From the NCBI GenBank assembly GCA_902625895.1, contig CACODD010000002.1:20785-84784 (forward strand): a DNA stretch of 64,000 nucleotides, in the 5' to 3' direction. A model generated the notes under the pieces. The model made no database searches, was not told where the DNA came from, and saw only the letters and a list, made by a program, of their open reading frames with translations. Numbering within the stretch: the stretch's first letter is position 1; each line of letters starts with the position of its first letter. This stretch comes from an uncultured Alphaproteobacteria bacterium (lineage in GTDB: Bacteria > Pseudomonadota > Alphaproteobacteria > Methylaequorales > Methylaequoraceae). This document shows positions 40,564-52,149 of this stretch, in pieces. Position numbers and translations under genes: made by a program.

Positions 40564-41066
40564 TAGTTTTTTAAATCAGGGTAAACCAACTCTTGTTCAG
40601 GTGGATAAGGACTAACAGCTTTAAATGTTTTAATGTTTTTAGAATCCCAAAAGATTTCAGAAAATCTATTAACCTTCTCCAGTAGGTCAAGGGTTGCTGC
40701 TTTATCAACGTTTTGTTTAGCTTTTGATGCTGCTAACATAATTGAGTGAGACAATTTATGGAGTTCAGGATATTTTTCAAGTTGTGGTTCTTTAATATAG
40801 TCACCCCATATAACTCTAATTTCATCTTTAACTTTATGACCGTGTTCCTCTTTTTGAGCTATAAGTCGCGAAATTTGTGCGTGATCTTTAGAAGTTAAAG
40901 AATCTTTTTTTTCTATTTCTTCGATTAAATCAACAAGTCGTATCATTGTTAAAACTGCAATCTGAGATGTTATTGGGTCATAAATCTTACAAGGAATATC
41001 GCAATGTGCTGAAACTTTCTTAAAAGGTCTAATTTTGTCTATAACATTAATTATTTTATATATCAT
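40563..41066 (-). CDS. sodN: Nickel superoxide dismutase
   Basis: A 20-aa leader followed by the Ni-hook HCDIPCKIYDP. Confidence 0.95.
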   Translation of the reverse strand: MIYKIINVIDKIRPFKKVSAHCDIPCKIYDPITSQIAVLTMIRLVDLIEEIEKKDSLTSKDHAQISRLIAQKEEHGHKVKDEIRVIWGDYIKEPQLEKYPELHKLSHSIMLAASKAKQNVDKAATLDLLEKVNRFSEIFWDSKNIKTFKAVSPYPPEQELVYPDLKN

Positions 41067-41151
41067 TTTTGGTCCCTAATTTGTTGTGTTTATTAAAGTT
41101 GTTATTATTTAAGTTATATGTGTATATAATATATTATTTTTTTTAAAAAAA

Positions 41152-41757
41152 GTGCAATCTCAAATGAATAAAAAGAAAAAAGGTTTATTCTATACTAGAT
41201 ACCTTCAACAACAGTTATATTTTAGAAAAAATGATGTAGTCAATGCACTATTTAATTTAGAAAAATATCTTTTTGAAAACTTTGAATTTAATCAAGATAT
41301 ACCAATTTCTCATTTTAAACAAAAGTGGATTTACGATTGTATTTGTAAAGATGATTATTCGAATGAAATATCAAGCCAATTTAAAGTTTTTTCTAAAGGA
41401 GAGTTAAAAAAAAGTGTTCTATCATTAATTAACACATTTAGTCAAATACCTAACTTATCTGAGACACAAAACTTTTTAAATTCGTTTAAAAAGTTCAATC
41501 ATGAGTTCAATAAATTACTTACTTTAGAAAGTGGTAATAATTTCAAGACATATATTTATTTCCAAATTATCTTTTTATTTTATTTAAAGAAATTAAAAGT
41601 AGAAGAAAATTTTGTAAACAAAATCATGTTGGATTATAAATTAGTAGATATTTTTGAAACAATTTTTTTAGAAATATTTCTAAAAAAAAGAAATTATAAA
41701 ATTTCTAAAGTTTTCTATTTATCTAAACTTTTAATTAGATTAATAATAAAAAAATGA
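41152..41757 (+). CDS. Hypothetical protein, possibly a highly diverged squalene/phytoene synthase-fold (NDUFAF6-like) protein
   Basis: NALFNLE...DIPISHFKQKWIYDCI loosely echoes the ALYAFN.E...EP..G.IRLQWWRD segment; position after secF fits that family. Confidence 0.45.
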   Translation: MQSQMNKKKKGLFYTRYLQQQLYFRKNDVVNALFNLEKYLFENFEFNQDIPISHFKQKWIYDCICKDDYSNEISSQFKVFSKGELKKSVLSLINTFSQIPNLSETQNFLNSFKKFNHEFNKLLTLESGNNFKTYIYFQIIFLFYLKKLKVEENFVNKIMLDYKLVDIFETIFLEIFLKKRNYKISKVFYLSKLLIRLIIKK

Positions 41758-42008
41758 GATACAACATATTTAACACAATTTGTATTATATTGATAAACGT
41801 TCTTTTGTTTTTAGCGATTAACAATCATCAAATATTTGCATATATTCTTATAACTTTTTTATTTCTTTTGTTGAGTTTTGGGTTAAAAAAAATTCTTAAT
41901 TCTCAAAATTCTTATATAGAAAATAATGATTCAAGATCTAAGGATACACAAGAAACTGCTGAAGATCATCCTATAATAAGATCAGCAAGAAAAAGGTTGG
42001 GAAAGTAA
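41754..42008 (+). CDS. Small two-TM membrane protein
   Basis: Two hydrophobic helices and a polar tail ending HPIIRSARKRL; ATGA overlap with the upstream gene. Confidence 0.65.
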   Translation: MRYNIFNTICIILINVLLFLAINNHQIFAYILITFLFLLLSFGLKKILNSQNSYIENNDSRSKDTQETAEDHPIIRSARKRLGK

Positions 42009-44834
42009 TTATTTTTTTAAAAATTCATTGAGGCATTTACTTGTATCATTATTATTTTCCGATAACAAATGTTCAACTGTTCCTTCAAATAATATATGGC
42101 CTCCCTTATCTCCACCTTCTGGACCTAGGTCTATAATCCAATCTGATGTTTTAATCACATCTAAATTATGTTCAATAACAAGTACGGTATTTCCTTCAAC
42201 AACAAATTTGTGAAGAATTTCAAGAAGTTTTCGTACATCGTGCGTATGCAAACCAGTTGTGGGTTCATCAAGGATGTACATAGTTCTGCCAGTTGATCTT
42301 TTTGAAAGTTCTTTTGCTAATTTAATTCTTTGAGCTTCCCCTCCAGATAAAGTTGTAGCTGACTGTCCTATTTTTATATATTCTAAACCTACTTTTTTTA
42401 GTGTTTCGAGTTTTTTAGAGATCGAGGGGATGGCTTTGAAAAACTCTAAGCCTTCTTCTACAGTCATATTTAATACATCAGAGATATTTTTATTTTTAAA
42501 TCTTACTTCCAGTGTTTCTCTGTTAAATCTTCTTCCTTTACATAAGTCACAAGTTACAAATACGTCTGCAAGAAAATGCATTTCTATTCTCAAGAGTCCG
42601 TCACCTTGACAATTTTCACATCTACCTCCTTTAACATTAAAAGAAAATCGACCTGGTTTATATCCTCTGGCTCTTGACTCTGGTAGATGTGAGTACCATT
42701 CTCTTATGAAATTAAAACACCCAGTATATGTCGCAGGGTTGGATCTTGGTGTTCTACCGATTGGTGTTTGATCTATTTGAATTATTTTATCAAGATTTTC
42801 ATGTCCTTTAACTTCTTCATGAGAAAGAGGTTGCTCACTTGAGTTATAGATTTTTTTTGATAAAGATTTAAAAAGGGTTTCTATTACCAAAGTTGATTTT
42901 CCACCACCCGATACTCCAGTAATGCTGATAAACTTTTTAAGAGGAAACTTTACGTTTAAGTTTTTGAGGTTATTTCCACTTGCACCCTTTATTTCGACAT
43001 ATTTATCATCCATCGCAGTATTATTCTTATTTATTGGAATCATTAATTTTTTCGATAAATATGCTCCTGTTAAACTTTTACTATTTTTTATTATTTCGCT
43101 AGGTTTGCCTTCAGCAATTACGTTACCACCGTTTACACCAGCTCCAATCCCTACATCAATCACATAATCACTTTCTAGAATAGTTTCTTCGTCGTGTTCA
43201 ACGACAATTAGTGAATTCCCAAGATCTCTTAAACTTTTTAATGTGCTAATTAGTTTTTTATTGTCCCTTTGATGCAGCCCAATTGATGGTTCGTCCAGCA
43301 CATATAAAACACCAGTTAAGCCTGATCCTATTTGTGAGGCTAATCTTATCCTTTGGCTTTCTCCACCTGATAATGTGTTAGAACTTCTAGATAATTGAAG
43401 ATAACCTAGACCAACGTTGTTAAGAAAAGATAATCTATCAATTATTTCTTTTATAATTTTATCTGAAATTTTTTTTTTATACTCAGATAAAGATTTTTCT
43501 AAATTCATGAACCATTGCAAAATTTTTTCAATTGATAGATTTGTGATCTCACTGATATCTTTATCATTTATTTTAACTGCTAATGCCTCTTTTTTTAACC
43601 TAGTTCCACTGCATGTTTCACAACGGAATTTGCTTAAATATTTATTAAGCTCCTCTCTTTGCCACATATCCGATCTCTTTAACTTATTTTCTAAAAATCC
43701 CACCACTCCATTAAATTCTTTGCTGTAATTCCAACCAGTGTAATTATTAAAAATATTAATCATTTTATTGTCACCAAAAATTACTTTTTTTTTCTTCTCT
43801 TCAGCTAAATCTTTCCATTTTTGATTTGGGTTTATAGAACAATGCCTAGCTACTTCTTTTGTTAATTCTTGATAAAATTGGTTATTCTTATTCCATGGAA
43901 GAATGACACCTTCATTGAGAGATAATGAGGGGTTGCCAATAATAAGCTCTGGGTTGAATCTTTCCTTATAACCAAGACCATCACAAGATTTACAAGCTCC
44001 ATTGGGACTATTAAAAGAAAATAGTCTTGGCTCTATTTCTTCAATAGTAAAACCTGAAATTGGACATGCAAACTTTGATGAAAAAATAAAATTTTTTTTT
44101 TCAACTACATCATAAAAATAAATGACTCCATCAGACAAACTTATCGCAGCTTCTATTGATTGTGCTATTCTACTTTCGTATTTTTTATCAACTTCTATTC
44201 TATCAACTATGATATCAATTGAATGATTTTTCTTCTTATCAAGTTCAGGAATATTTGAAGAATCACAAACTTTCCCGTCAATTCTAAATCTCATAAATCC
44301 TTTTTTAATAAAATCATTAATTTCTTTTTTAAACTCACCCTTTCTGTTATTCACGACAGGAGAAATCAAATAAAATTTTTGTTTTTTTTTGAATTTATAA
44401 AATTCATCCACAATTTCTTGAACACTCATTGATTTAATTTCTTTTCCAGTTTCTGGAGAATAAGGAGTTCCAATTCTTGCAAATAAAACTCTAAAGTAAT
44501 CATATATTTCTGTAACTGTGCCAACGGTTGATCTTGGATTTCTAGATGTTGTTTTTTGATCAATTGATATTGATGGCGATAATCCTTCTATGGAATCAAC
44601 ATCAGGCTTCTCCATCATGTTTAAAAATTGTCTAGCATAGGAGGATAAACTCTCCACGTATCGTCTCTGACCCTCTGCATAAATCGTATCAAAAGCCAGC
44701 GATGATTTTCCTGATCCAGATAAACCACTGATAACAACAAACTTATTTTTAGGAATATTTACATTAATGTTTTTAAGATTGTGTTGTCTTGCTCCAATTA
44801 TTTTAATAAAGTTTTGATTGTGCTTTGATTTCAT
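42009..44834 (-). CDS. uvrA: Excinuclease ABC subunit A
   Basis: [23 protein letters not shown], two LSGGE signatures, zinc fingers. Confidence 0.99.
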   Translation of the reverse strand: MKSKHNQNFIKIIGARQHNLKNINVNIPKNKFVVISGLSGSGKSSLAFDTIYAEGQRRYVESLSSYARQFLNMMEKPDVDSIEGLSPSISIDQKTTSRNPRSTVGTVTEIYDYFRVLFARIGTPYSPETGKEIKSMSVQEIVDEFYKFKKKQKFYLISPVVNNRKGEFKKEINDFIKKGFMRFRIDGKVCDSSNIPELDKKKNHSIDIIVDRIEVDKKYESRIAQSIEAAISLSDGVIYFYDVVEKKNFIFSSKFACPISGFTIEEIEPRLFSFNSPNGACKSCDGLGYKERFNPELIIGNPSLSLNEGVILPWNKNNQFYQELTKEVARHCSINPNQKWKDLAEEKKKKVIFGDNKMINIFNNYTGWNYSKEFNGVVGFLENKLKRSDMWQREELNKYLSKFRCETCSGTRLKKEALAVKINDKDISEITNLSIEKILQWFMNLEKSLSEYKKKISDKIIKEIIDRLSFLNNVGLGYLQLSRSSNTLSGGESQRIRLASQIGSGLTGVLYVLDEPSIGLHQRDNKKLISTLKSLRDLGNSLIVVEHDEETILESDYVIDVGIGAGVNGGNVIAEGKPSEIIKNSKSLTGAYLSKKLMIPINKNNTAMDDKYVEIKGASGNNLKNLNVKFPLKKFISITGVSGGGKSTLVIETLFKSLSKKIYNSSEQPLSHEEVKGHENLDKIIQIDQTPIGRTPRSNPATYTGCFNFIREWYSHLPESRARGYKPGRFSFNVKGGRCENCQGDGLLRIEMHFLADVFVTCDLCKGRRFNRETLEVRFKNKNISDVLNMTVEEGLEFFKAIPSISKKLETLKKVGLEYIKIGQSATTLSGGEAQRIKLAKELSKRSTGRTMYILDEPTTGLHTHDVRKLLEILHKFVVEGNTVLVIEHNLDVIKTSDWIIDLGPEGGDKGGHILFEGTVEHLLSENNNDTSKCLNEFLKK

Positions 44835-44908
44835 TTTCTTAAAAACTTTTAAAAGATTTATATTTTATTTAGAGTAATTATGATATTATAATTTTTTTTA
44901 ATATAACA

Positions 44909-45370
44909 ATGGCCGGATCAGTTAATAAAGTCATATTGCTTGGAAGATTAGGTGGAGACCCAGAAATCAGAGTTTCTCAAGAGGGAACAAAAATAGCTAG
45001 GTTCTCAGTTGCTACAAGTGAATCTTGGAAAGACAAGACAACAAACGAGAAAAAAGAAAAAACCGATTGGCATAAGATTGTAATTTTCTCATCTGGGCTA
45101 TCTGAAATAGTAGAGAAATTTCTTAAGAAAGGTTCTTTAGTATATTTAGAAGGTCAAATTAGATCCAGAAAATTCAAGGATCAAGCTGACGTTGAAAAAA
45201 CAACAACTGAAATAATACTTCAAGGATATAATTGCCAGTTGACAATGTTAGACAACAAATCCGATGATTTTCAAAAATTGAACTCTCCTAACATTGAAAA
45301 CTCTTCGGTTGAAAAAAAAATTGATGAATCCCCACAAGATTTTGATATTGAGGATGAAGTCCCTTTTTAA
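44909..45370 (+). CDS. ssb: Single-stranded DNA-binding protein
   Basis: MAGSVNKVILLGRLGGDPE and acidic tail EDEVPF. Confidence 0.98.
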   Translation: MAGSVNKVILLGRLGGDPEIRVSQEGTKIARFSVATSESWKDKTTNEKKEKTDWHKIVIFSSGLSEIVEKFLKKGSLVYLEGQIRSRKFKDQADVEKTTTEIILQGYNCQLTMLDNKSDDFQKLNSPNIENSSVEKKIDESPQDFDIEDEVPF

Positions 45371-45382
45371 AACAAAAAATTT

Positions 45383-48019
45383 ATGATTGACGATAGTAAG
45401 CCAGAAAATATAGAGAACGAAAGTATTTTTATAGAAAGGGAAATGGAGAACTCTTTCCTAGACTATGCAATGAGTGTAATAGTTTCTCGGGCTTTACCAG
45501 ATGTATGTGATGGGTTAAAACCAGTTCATAGGAGAATTATTTATGCAATGAATGAAGCTGGGTACACTTCAGGTAAACCCTCAAGAAAATCTGCAAGAAT
45601 TGTTGGTGATGTTATGGGTAAATACCATCCGCATGGTGATTCTGCTATATATGACGCAATGGTTCGATTAGCCCAGAATTTTAGTATGAGAGTTCCGCTT
45701 ATTGATGGTCAAGGAAATTTTGGTTCAATGGATGGAGATTCTGCAGCTGCTATGAGATATACAGAAGCTAAGTTATCTCCAATTGCTTCATTTCTTGTAA
45801 ATGATATTGATAACGAGACCGTCAATTTTAAAGAAAATTATGATGGAACAGCTTTTGAACCAGAACTACTTCCTGCTGAGTTTCCAAACTTATTGATAAA
45901 TGGTTCAGAGGGAATTGCTGTTGGTATGGCAACCAAAATTCCTCCACATTGCCCAAATGAAATTATTGATGCGTGTTGTAAAATTATTTTAGAACCTAAT
46001 GCCTCAGATGAAGATTTACTTGACTTAGTGAAAGGACCAGATTTCCCAACTGGAGGAATAATTGTTGGGAAAAGTGGTATCAAAGATGCTTATTCGAAAG
46101 GAAAAGGTTCAATAATAATTAGAGCTAAAACATCCGTAGAAAATTCAAAAAAAGGGAGGGAATCAATAATTATTTCAGAGATTCCTTATTCAATAAAGAA
46201 GTCTCAATTAATTGAAAATATTGCAAAAGTAGCAAAAGAAAAGATTATAGACGGAATTTCCGAACTAAGAGATGAATCGAACAGAGAAGGGGTGAGAGTT
46301 GTAATTGATTTAAAAAGAGATGTTCAAGCTGATGTGGTGATGAACCAACTATACAAATTTACATCATTGCAAACCTCTTTTGGGATAAATATGTTGGCAT
46401 TAAACAATGGTGTACCAGAACTATTAAATTTAAGAAGATATTTAGAACTTTTCACAAAGTTTAGGAAAGATGTCGTTTATAAAAGAACCAAATATCATTT
46501 AAAGAAAACAAGAGAAAAGGCACACATACTATTAGGACTTTCTGTAGCTCTAGAAAATATTGACCAAATAATTGAACTTATTAAATCCTCTAAAGATTCA
46601 AATGATGCAAAAAACAAATTAACTTCTCAAAATTGGAAAATCCCAACTGATGATTTCATAAAAGATTTTATTAACTCAGATAATGAAGGCTTAATTGAAA
46701 CTGATAATTTTAAGATCACTGATACCCAAGCTAAAGCAATTTTAGAGATTAAGTTGAGTAGACTAACAGGATTAGAGAGATCGAAATTAATTAATGATCT
46801 GAAGGAATGTGTAAATTTAATAAATAATTTTTTAAAAATTTTATCTTCTAAAGATAAACTTAACGAAGTAATTATTGAAGAATTACATCAAATAAAAGAA
46901 AAAATAGGATCTTTACGACAAACTGAGATTTCAGAGAGTGAAGAAATCATTGATGACGAATCACTCATTAAGTCCGAGGATGTTGTTGTTACCTTAACGC
47001 ATACAGGATATATAAAAAGGGTTCCACTAAATTCCTATAGAGCACAAAAGCGAGGTGGAAAAGGCAGAGCTGGAATGACAACTAAACAAGAAGACTTTGT
47101 CAGCGAGGTTTTTGCAGTAAATACACTTGCTCCATTACTATTTTTTTCATCAAGAGGAATAGTATATAAACTGAAGACATACAAATTGCCGATTGGAAGC
47201 CCGACTTCTAAAGGAAAAGCTTTGGTAAATTTACTCCCTTTAAGAAGTGGAGAAAAAATAACAGCAATAATGCCATATGATATTTCAGAAAATAATATAA
47301 TTTTTGCAACGTCTTCAGGAAACATTAGAAGAAATAAACTTACTGATTTTCACAACATCAATTCAAACGGAAAAATTGCTATGAAACTAAATGAAAACGA
47401 CAAGCTGGTGAATGTATTAACATGTTCAGAAGATTCAAATATCTTCTTATCAACTAAACTAGGAAAATGTATCCGATTTTCATGCAGTGATCTCAGAATT
47501 TTCTCAGGTAGATCCTCAATAGGCGTGAGAGGTATAAAACTTTCCAAAGGTGATACAGTTATTTCTTTAGCGATTCTTAATGGTATTGACTTTGATGTTA
47601 ATGAAAGAGACGAGTATTTGAGAATAAGCACTTTGATGAGAAAAAATGAAAAGATAGAAAATAAGAATTTAAATAATGCAAAGTTTGAAAATTTGAAAGA
47701 AAATGAAGAATTTATTTTAAGTGTTACAGATAAGGGTTTTGGTAAAAGAAGCTCTGCTTTTGAATACAGAAAAACCAAAAGAGGTGGACTTGGTATTGCA
47801 AATATGCAGCTAAGTGAAAGAAATGGAAGTCAGGTAGTAGCGTCTTTTCCAATTAATAACAGTGATCAGCTAGTTCTGGTTACAGATAAGGGAAAGTTAA
47901 TTAGATGTCCTGTCAATGATGTTAGAATTGGGGGAAGACAAACTCAGGGTGTTACGCTTTTCAATGTATCTGATGAAGAAAAAGTTGTTTCCGTTGCTAA
48001 ATTAGAGGAAAATGACTGA
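45383..48019 (+). CDS. gyrA: DNA gyrase subunit A
   Basis: [18 protein letters not shown], GyrA-box QKRGGKG. Confidence 0.98.
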   Translation: MIDDSKPENIENESIFIEREMENSFLDYAMSVIVSRALPDVCDGLKPVHRRIIYAMNEAGYTSGKPSRKSARIVGDVMGKYHPHGDSAIYDAMVRLAQNFSMRVPLIDGQGNFGSMDGDSAAAMRYTEAKLSPIASFLVNDIDNETVNFKENYDGTAFEPELLPAEFPNLLINGSEGIAVGMATKIPPHCPNEIIDACCKIILEPNASDEDLLDLVKGPDFPTGGIIVGKSGIKDAYSKGKGSIIIRAKTSVENSKKGRESIIISEIPYSIKKSQLIENIAKVAKEKIIDGISELRDESNREGVRVVIDLKRDVQADVVMNQLYKFTSLQTSFGINMLALNNGVPELLNLRRYLELFTKFRKDVVYKRTKYHLKKTREKAHILLGLSVALENIDQIIELIKSSKDSNDAKNKLTSQNWKIPTDDFIKDFINSDNEGLIETDNFKITDTQAKAILEIKLSRLTGLERSKLINDLKECVNLINNFLKILSSKDKLNEVIIEELHQIKEKIGSLRQTEISESEEIIDDESLIKSEDVVVTLTHTGYIKRVPLNSYRAQKRGGKGRAGMTTKQEDFVSEVFAVNTLAPLLFFSSRGIVYKLKTYKLPIGSPTSKGKALVNLLPLRSGEKITAIMPYDISENNIIFATSSGNIRRNKLTDFHNINSNGKIAMKLNENDKLVNVLTCSEDSNIFLSTKLGKCIRFSCSDLRIFSGRSSIGVRGIKLSKGDTVISLAILNGIDFDVNERDEYLRISTLMRKNEKIENKNLNNAKFENLKENEEFILSVTDKGFGKRSSAFEYRKTKRGGLGIANMQLSERNGSQVVASFPINNSDQLVLVTDKGKLIRCPVNDVRIGGRQTQGVTLFNVSDEEKVVSVAKLEEND

Positions 48020-48518
48020 TAATCTTATTACAGGAATTTATCCTGGAACATTTGATCCTGTGACTTTCGGGCACCTAGATATTATCCAACGAGCTTCTCA
48101 CATTGTTAATAAATTAATCATAAGTGTTGCTGAAAATAAACATAAAAAGCCTTTTTTTAAAATAGACGAGAGGATTATTATGATTAAAGATTCGTTAAAC
48201 GATATTGATACTAAAAATTGTGACATAGACGTTGTAGGTTTTGATAATTTGTTAGTTGAACATGCTAAAAAATGTGAAGCAAAAGTTATTATCAGAGGCC
48301 TAAGAGCTGTAGCAGATTTTGAATATGAGTTTCAGATGGCAGGGATGAATTCAAAGTTAGGTCCTGAGATAGAGACAATTTTTTTAATGGCATCCGAAAA
48401 TCTTCAGTTAACTTCTGCAAGATTTGTAAAAGAAATTGCATTGTATGATGGTGAGATTAACAATTTTGTTCCAGACAACGTTCTTAAAATGTTTGAAATT
48501 AAAAGAAAGGAAAAATAA
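48012..48518 (+). CDS. coaD: Phosphopantetheine adenylyltransferase
   Basis: [32 protein letters not shown]. Confidence 0.97.
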   Translation: MTDNLITGIYPGTFDPVTFGHLDIIQRASHIVNKLIISVAENKHKKPFFKIDERIIMIKDSLNDIDTKNCDIDVVGFDNLLVEHAKKCEAKVIIRGLRAVADFEYEFQMAGMNSKLGPEIETIFLMASENLQLTSARFVKEIALYDGEINNFVPDNVLKMFEIKRKEK

Positions 48519-49045
48519 TGTTTAAATTTTTAAGATATTTTATACAAACTTGCTTATTTTTTATTTTTACTAATACTATGGCAACAGAGAGTCCAGTGCT
48601 TCACATGGTTTTAGAGAAAGGGATTGTAAAGATTAAGACTTTTTCAGAAAAAGCCCCTAATACAGTTAAAAGGATAATAGAATTGTCGGAATCTGGGTTT
48701 TATGATGGTTTGACTTTCCATAGAGTCATATCTGGTTTCATGGCTCAAGGAGGAGATCCAAAAGGCGATGGAACTGGTGGAAGTGGTAGGAATATTAAAG
48801 CTGAATTTAACGATATTAAACATGAACGAGGAATTGTATCAATGGCAAGGGCAAATGACCCAGATTCAGCTGATAGTCAATTTTTTATTTGTTACGACAG
48901 TCATCCATTTTTGGATGGGAAATATACAGTATGGGGTAAAGTTATTGAAGGGATGAATTTAATTGATAGAATTCCAGAGGGAAAAGGACAAAACGGACAA
49001 GTTCTTAGAAACCCTACAAAAATAATTACAATAAGATTAAAATAA
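48518..49045 (+). CDS. Cyclophilin-type peptidyl-prolyl isomerase
   Basis: FHRVISGFMAQGGD, SMARANDPDSADSQFFI, LDGKYTVWG. Confidence 0.95.
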   Translation: MFKFLRYFIQTCLFFIFTNTMATESPVLHMVLEKGIVKIKTFSEKAPNTVKRIIELSESGFYDGLTFHRVISGFMAQGGDPKGDGTGGSGRNIKAEFNDIKHERGIVSMARANDPDSADSQFFICYDSHPFLDGKYTVWGKVIEGMNLIDRIPEGKGQNGQVLRNPTKIITIRLK

Positions 49046-49054
49046 AATAAATTT

Positions 49055-49083
49055 TTGTTGTGAAAATCATATAATTTTACTAT
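49055..49083 (+). promoter_or_regulatory. Putative sigma70 promoter of tRNA-Lys
   Basis: TTGTTG-17 bp-TACTAT, ending 15 nt before the tRNA. The AT-rich background weakens this. Confidence 0.4.
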
Positions 49084-49098
49084 ATCCTAACTAACAAT

Positions 49099-49174
49099 GC
49101 GCCCGTAGCTCAGTTGGTAGAGCACTCCCCTTTTAAGGGAGTTGTCATGAGTTCGAGCCTCATCGGGCGTACCA
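49099..49174 (+). tRNA. tRNA-Lys (TTT)
   Basis: GCGCCCGTAGCTCAGTTGGTAGAGCACTCCCCTTTTAAGGGAGTTGTCATGAGTTCGAGCCTCATCGGGCGTACCA: anticodon TTT, encoded CCA. Confidence 0.96.
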
Positions 49175-49191
49175 AAAGACTTGAGTGCTAA

Positions 49192-49815
49192 ATGTGGGCT
49201 AGATTAAAAAACTATTTTTTTACTGGAATCCTAGTAACAGCACCGGTTGTTATTACTTTTTGGATAGTAATATCACTGATCAATTTATTTGATAGGCTTA
49301 TCACGCCTGTGATACCATATTATTTGAATCCTAATTTTTATCTACCAAGAGATGTTCCAGGATTAGGTCTAATAGTTCTTATTTTCTTCATGGTTGTTAT
49401 TGGTTCTTTGACAGCTAATTTCTTCGGTTCGTGGCTCCTAAAAAAAACTGATCTGATAATTCAAAGAATTCCATTGATAAAAGTTTTTTATAAAACAATA
49501 AAACAAATATTGGAAACGGTTCTCAAAACAAATTCTGACGCCTTCAGAGAGGCAGTTTTAGTAGAATATCCCAGAAAAGGAGTGTGGGTTATAGGTTTTA
49601 CAACAGGAGATGTTGAAGGTGAGATTAAAACAAAATTGAAAAAAAAACTTACTAATGTTTTTATCCCAACAACACCCAATCCAACATCTGGATTCCTTTT
49701 AATGGTTCCTAATACCGAATTAAAAAAATTAAATGTTAGTGTTGATGACGCAATAAAAACAATTGTGTCAGCAGGTATAATTAAATTAGAATCTAGACAG
49801 AATAAAAATTCTTGA
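49192..49815 (+). CDS. DUF502 membrane protein
   Basis: LVEYPRKG, VFIPTTPNPTSGFL. Confidence 0.92.
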   Translation: MWARLKNYFFTGILVTAPVVITFWIVISLINLFDRLITPVIPYYLNPNFYLPRDVPGLGLIVLIFFMVVIGSLTANFFGSWLLKKTDLIIQRIPLIKVFYKTIKQILETVLKTNSDAFREAVLVEYPRKGVWVIGFTTGDVEGEIKTKLKKKLTNVFIPTTPNPTSGFLLMVPNTELKKLNVSVDDAIKTIVSAGIIKLESRQNKNS

Positions 49816-51859
49816 AATTTTTTTCTTGATAAAAAATTTTCTGTAGAAACTCAATTTTATCTATGTTCTCTCTATAATTTTTTATTAAATATTCTGAATT
49901 TTCTTTAACAGAATTTAGAAGTGTATGATCTTCATGAGGCCTAAAAAACTTCCATGAAGGCAACCCAGTTTGATTTGTCCCAAAAAAATCACCAGCCCCT
50001 CTTAAATAAAGATCCTTTTCTGCGATTTCAAAGCCATCACTACTTTTTTTTAGAATTAAAAGTCTTTGTTTTGATAATTCTGATAAATTTTGATTATAAA
50101 TTAAAACGCAATTAGATTGAAGATTACCTCTAGTTACTCTACCCCTAAGTTGATGAATTTGTGCAAGTCCAAATCTCTCAACATTTTCGATTATCATTAA
50201 TGTTGCATTAGGAATATTTATTCCAACCTCAATAACGGTTGTAGATACAAGAATCATAATTTTTTGATCTTTAAAGTCCTGCATTATTCTCTCAGCATCT
50301 TCTTTATTTACTTTACCGTGAATAAAACCAACTTTGTTTTTAAATCTTTTCTTTAGATATTCATATCTTGTGATTAATGTTTGCTCCTCAGAGTCCAATG
50401 TTCCTATTGTGGGTAAAATCCAAAAAATTTGTTCATTCTTAATAAGTTTTCTTTCGATACCCTCTATAAGAGTTTCAATTTGATTTTTATTTATTAAAGA
50501 TGTAACTACTTCTTTTCTTTCTTGGGGTTTAGACTTAATATTCGATATGGATATTTCACCATACATAACAAAAGAAAGACTTCTTGGAATTGGTGTTGCA
50601 GACATTATTAAAGTATGACATCCAGTTGACTTCTCTAAAAGATTAATTCTTTGTCTAACACCAAATTTGTGTTGTTCGTCTATGACGATTAGACCTAATT
50701 TATAGAATTCAATAGAGGAATTGTAAACACTATGAGTTCCAATTAAGATATCGATATCTTTCTTTACTAAACGAGTGTAAATATCTTTTTTATTTTTGGT
50801 TTTACCAGTGAGTATTTCAGTTTTAATATTATATGGAGAAAGTAGGTTATTAAAATATTCAAAATGCTGATTGGCTAATATTTCTGTTGGAGCCATTAAC
50901 ACTACCTGAAATCCGCTTTTAATTACATCGGCAATAATTAAAAGTGCAACTATTGTCTTCCCAGAACCAACATCACCCTGTATTAGTCTATACATTTGTT
51001 TTTTTAATGATAAGTCATATTTTATGTCCTTCAAAGTAGTTAACTGATCTTTTGTAAGTTTGAATGAAAGTTTTCTTTGGATTTCATTTGACAATTCATA
51101 ATTTAAAATTGGTGGAATATTATTTTTTAAATTAATTTTTTTTTTTAGTTCATAAAAAATTATATAACTTGCGAGAAGTTCGTCATATGCAAGTCTTTGA
51201 CGGTTTTTATCGAGTAATTTAAATTCAAAAAGAGAATTGGGGTTGTGAAGGTGTAAAAGAGAGTCTTTGAAAGAGTTCCAATTTTTTTTTCTAAACTTTT
51301 TCAGGATCCATTCTTCAGGAAAATTATAAGATTCAATAATATCTATATGATTTTTAATAAACTTTCTGAAAATTTTTTTATTAATCTTTTTTCTTGATAA
51401 ATCGTATTGCGGTTCAAATTTGTCAAAATAAAAGAAATCTTTCTCATTTAAAACCCCTGTTGGGTGGATAATTTGAAGCTTATTCTTTACATAAACTAAT
51501 TTACCTGAGATTCTGTATGTGTTTTCTAGTTTAATATAATTTTTGATTTGAAATTCATTCATATTAAAGAAAAGGAGTTCAATTATTTGTTTTTTCTTAT
51601 TTTCGCATAGAATCTTAAATGGACTGTTTTTACTGTACTTTTTTTCATATTTATTTACTAACAAGTCACATGAGATAATTTTTTCGAAATGAATTGGTTT
51701 GATTTCTTCAACTAAAATATTCTCATTAATACTGAGTGGCATATGGGTAAAAAGATCAATAATTCTTTTTCCGAAATAGTTGATGATGTTTTTAATTGTT
51801 AAGTTAGTTTTTAAAAAATCGAAATTATTAAAAATATTTTTATTTTTTAAATTGTTCAT
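49793..51859 (-). CDS. recG: ATP-dependent DNA helicase RecG
   Basis: QGDVGSGKT, DEQHKFGV.QR, MSATPIPRSL, QLRGRV.RG, DL.LRGAG. Confidence 0.95.
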   Translation of the reverse strand: MNNLKNKNIFNNFDFLKTNLTIKNIINYFGKRIIDLFTHMPLSINENILVEEIKPIHFEKIISCDLLVNKYEKKYSKNSPFKILCENKKKQIIELLFFNMNEFQIKNYIKLENTYRISGKLVYVKNKLQIIHPTGVLNEKDFFYFDKFEPQYDLSRKKINKKIFRKFIKNHIDIIESYNFPEEWILKKFRKKNWNSFKDSLLHLHNPNSLFEFKLLDKNRQRLAYDELLASYIIFYELKKKINLKNNIPPILNYELSNEIQRKLSFKLTKDQLTTLKDIKYDLSLKKQMYRLIQGDVGSGKTIVALLIIADVIKSGFQVVLMAPTEILANQHFEYFNNLLSPYNIKTEILTGKTKNKKDIYTRLVKKDIDILIGTHSVYNSSIEFYKLGLIVIDEQHKFGVRQRINLLEKSTGCHTLIMSATPIPRSLSFVMYGEISISNIKSKPQERKEVVTSLINKNQIETLIEGIERKLIKNEQIFWILPTIGTLDSEEQTLITRYEYLKKRFKNKVGFIHGKVNKEDAERIMQDFKDQKIMILVSTTVIEVGINIPNATLMIIENVERFGLAQIHQLRGRVTRGNLQSNCVLIYNQNLSELSKQRLLILKKSSDGFEIAEKDLYLRGAGDFFGTNQTGLPSWKFFRPHEDHTLLNSVKENSEYLIKNYRENIDKIEFLQKIFYQEKNFKNFYSV

Positions 51860-51885
51860 TTAAAATGCTCCAAAAAGTTTTTATT

Positions 51886-52149
51886 ATGAATACATCTTCT
51901 AAAAAAAAAATTCTGCATAGAGCTAAGTACAGAGGAATTAAAGAATTAGATATTATATTTGAAAAATTCGTCAATACATATAAATATAAATTAAACGACC
52001 AAGAATTCAAAGAACTTGAAGAAATTTTAAATCTGCCAGATAATCTTCTTTTGGATATTATTTTAAAGAAAGAAAAGGTACCCGCTAATTATGACAATCC
52101 TGTAATGAAAAAAATTTTTAAAACTTGTAACGATAAATCAAGTGAATAA
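51886..52149 (+). CDS. sdhE: Succinate dehydrogenase flavinylation factor SdhE
   Basis: RGIKELD (RGxxE motif); usual recG/sdhE-mfd synteny. An alternative start exists at 51865. Confidence 0.9.
   Translation: MNTSSKKKILHRAKYRGIKELDIIFEKFVNTYKYKLNDQEFKELEEILNLPDNLLLDIILKKEKVPANYDNPVMKKIFKTCNDKSSE

Noticed and set aside
45383..48019. Quinolone-resistance changes or an intein in GyrA
   Set aside because: The QRDR reads HGDSAIYD (wild-type Ser and Asp), and the length is normal with no insertion after the catalytic Tyr.
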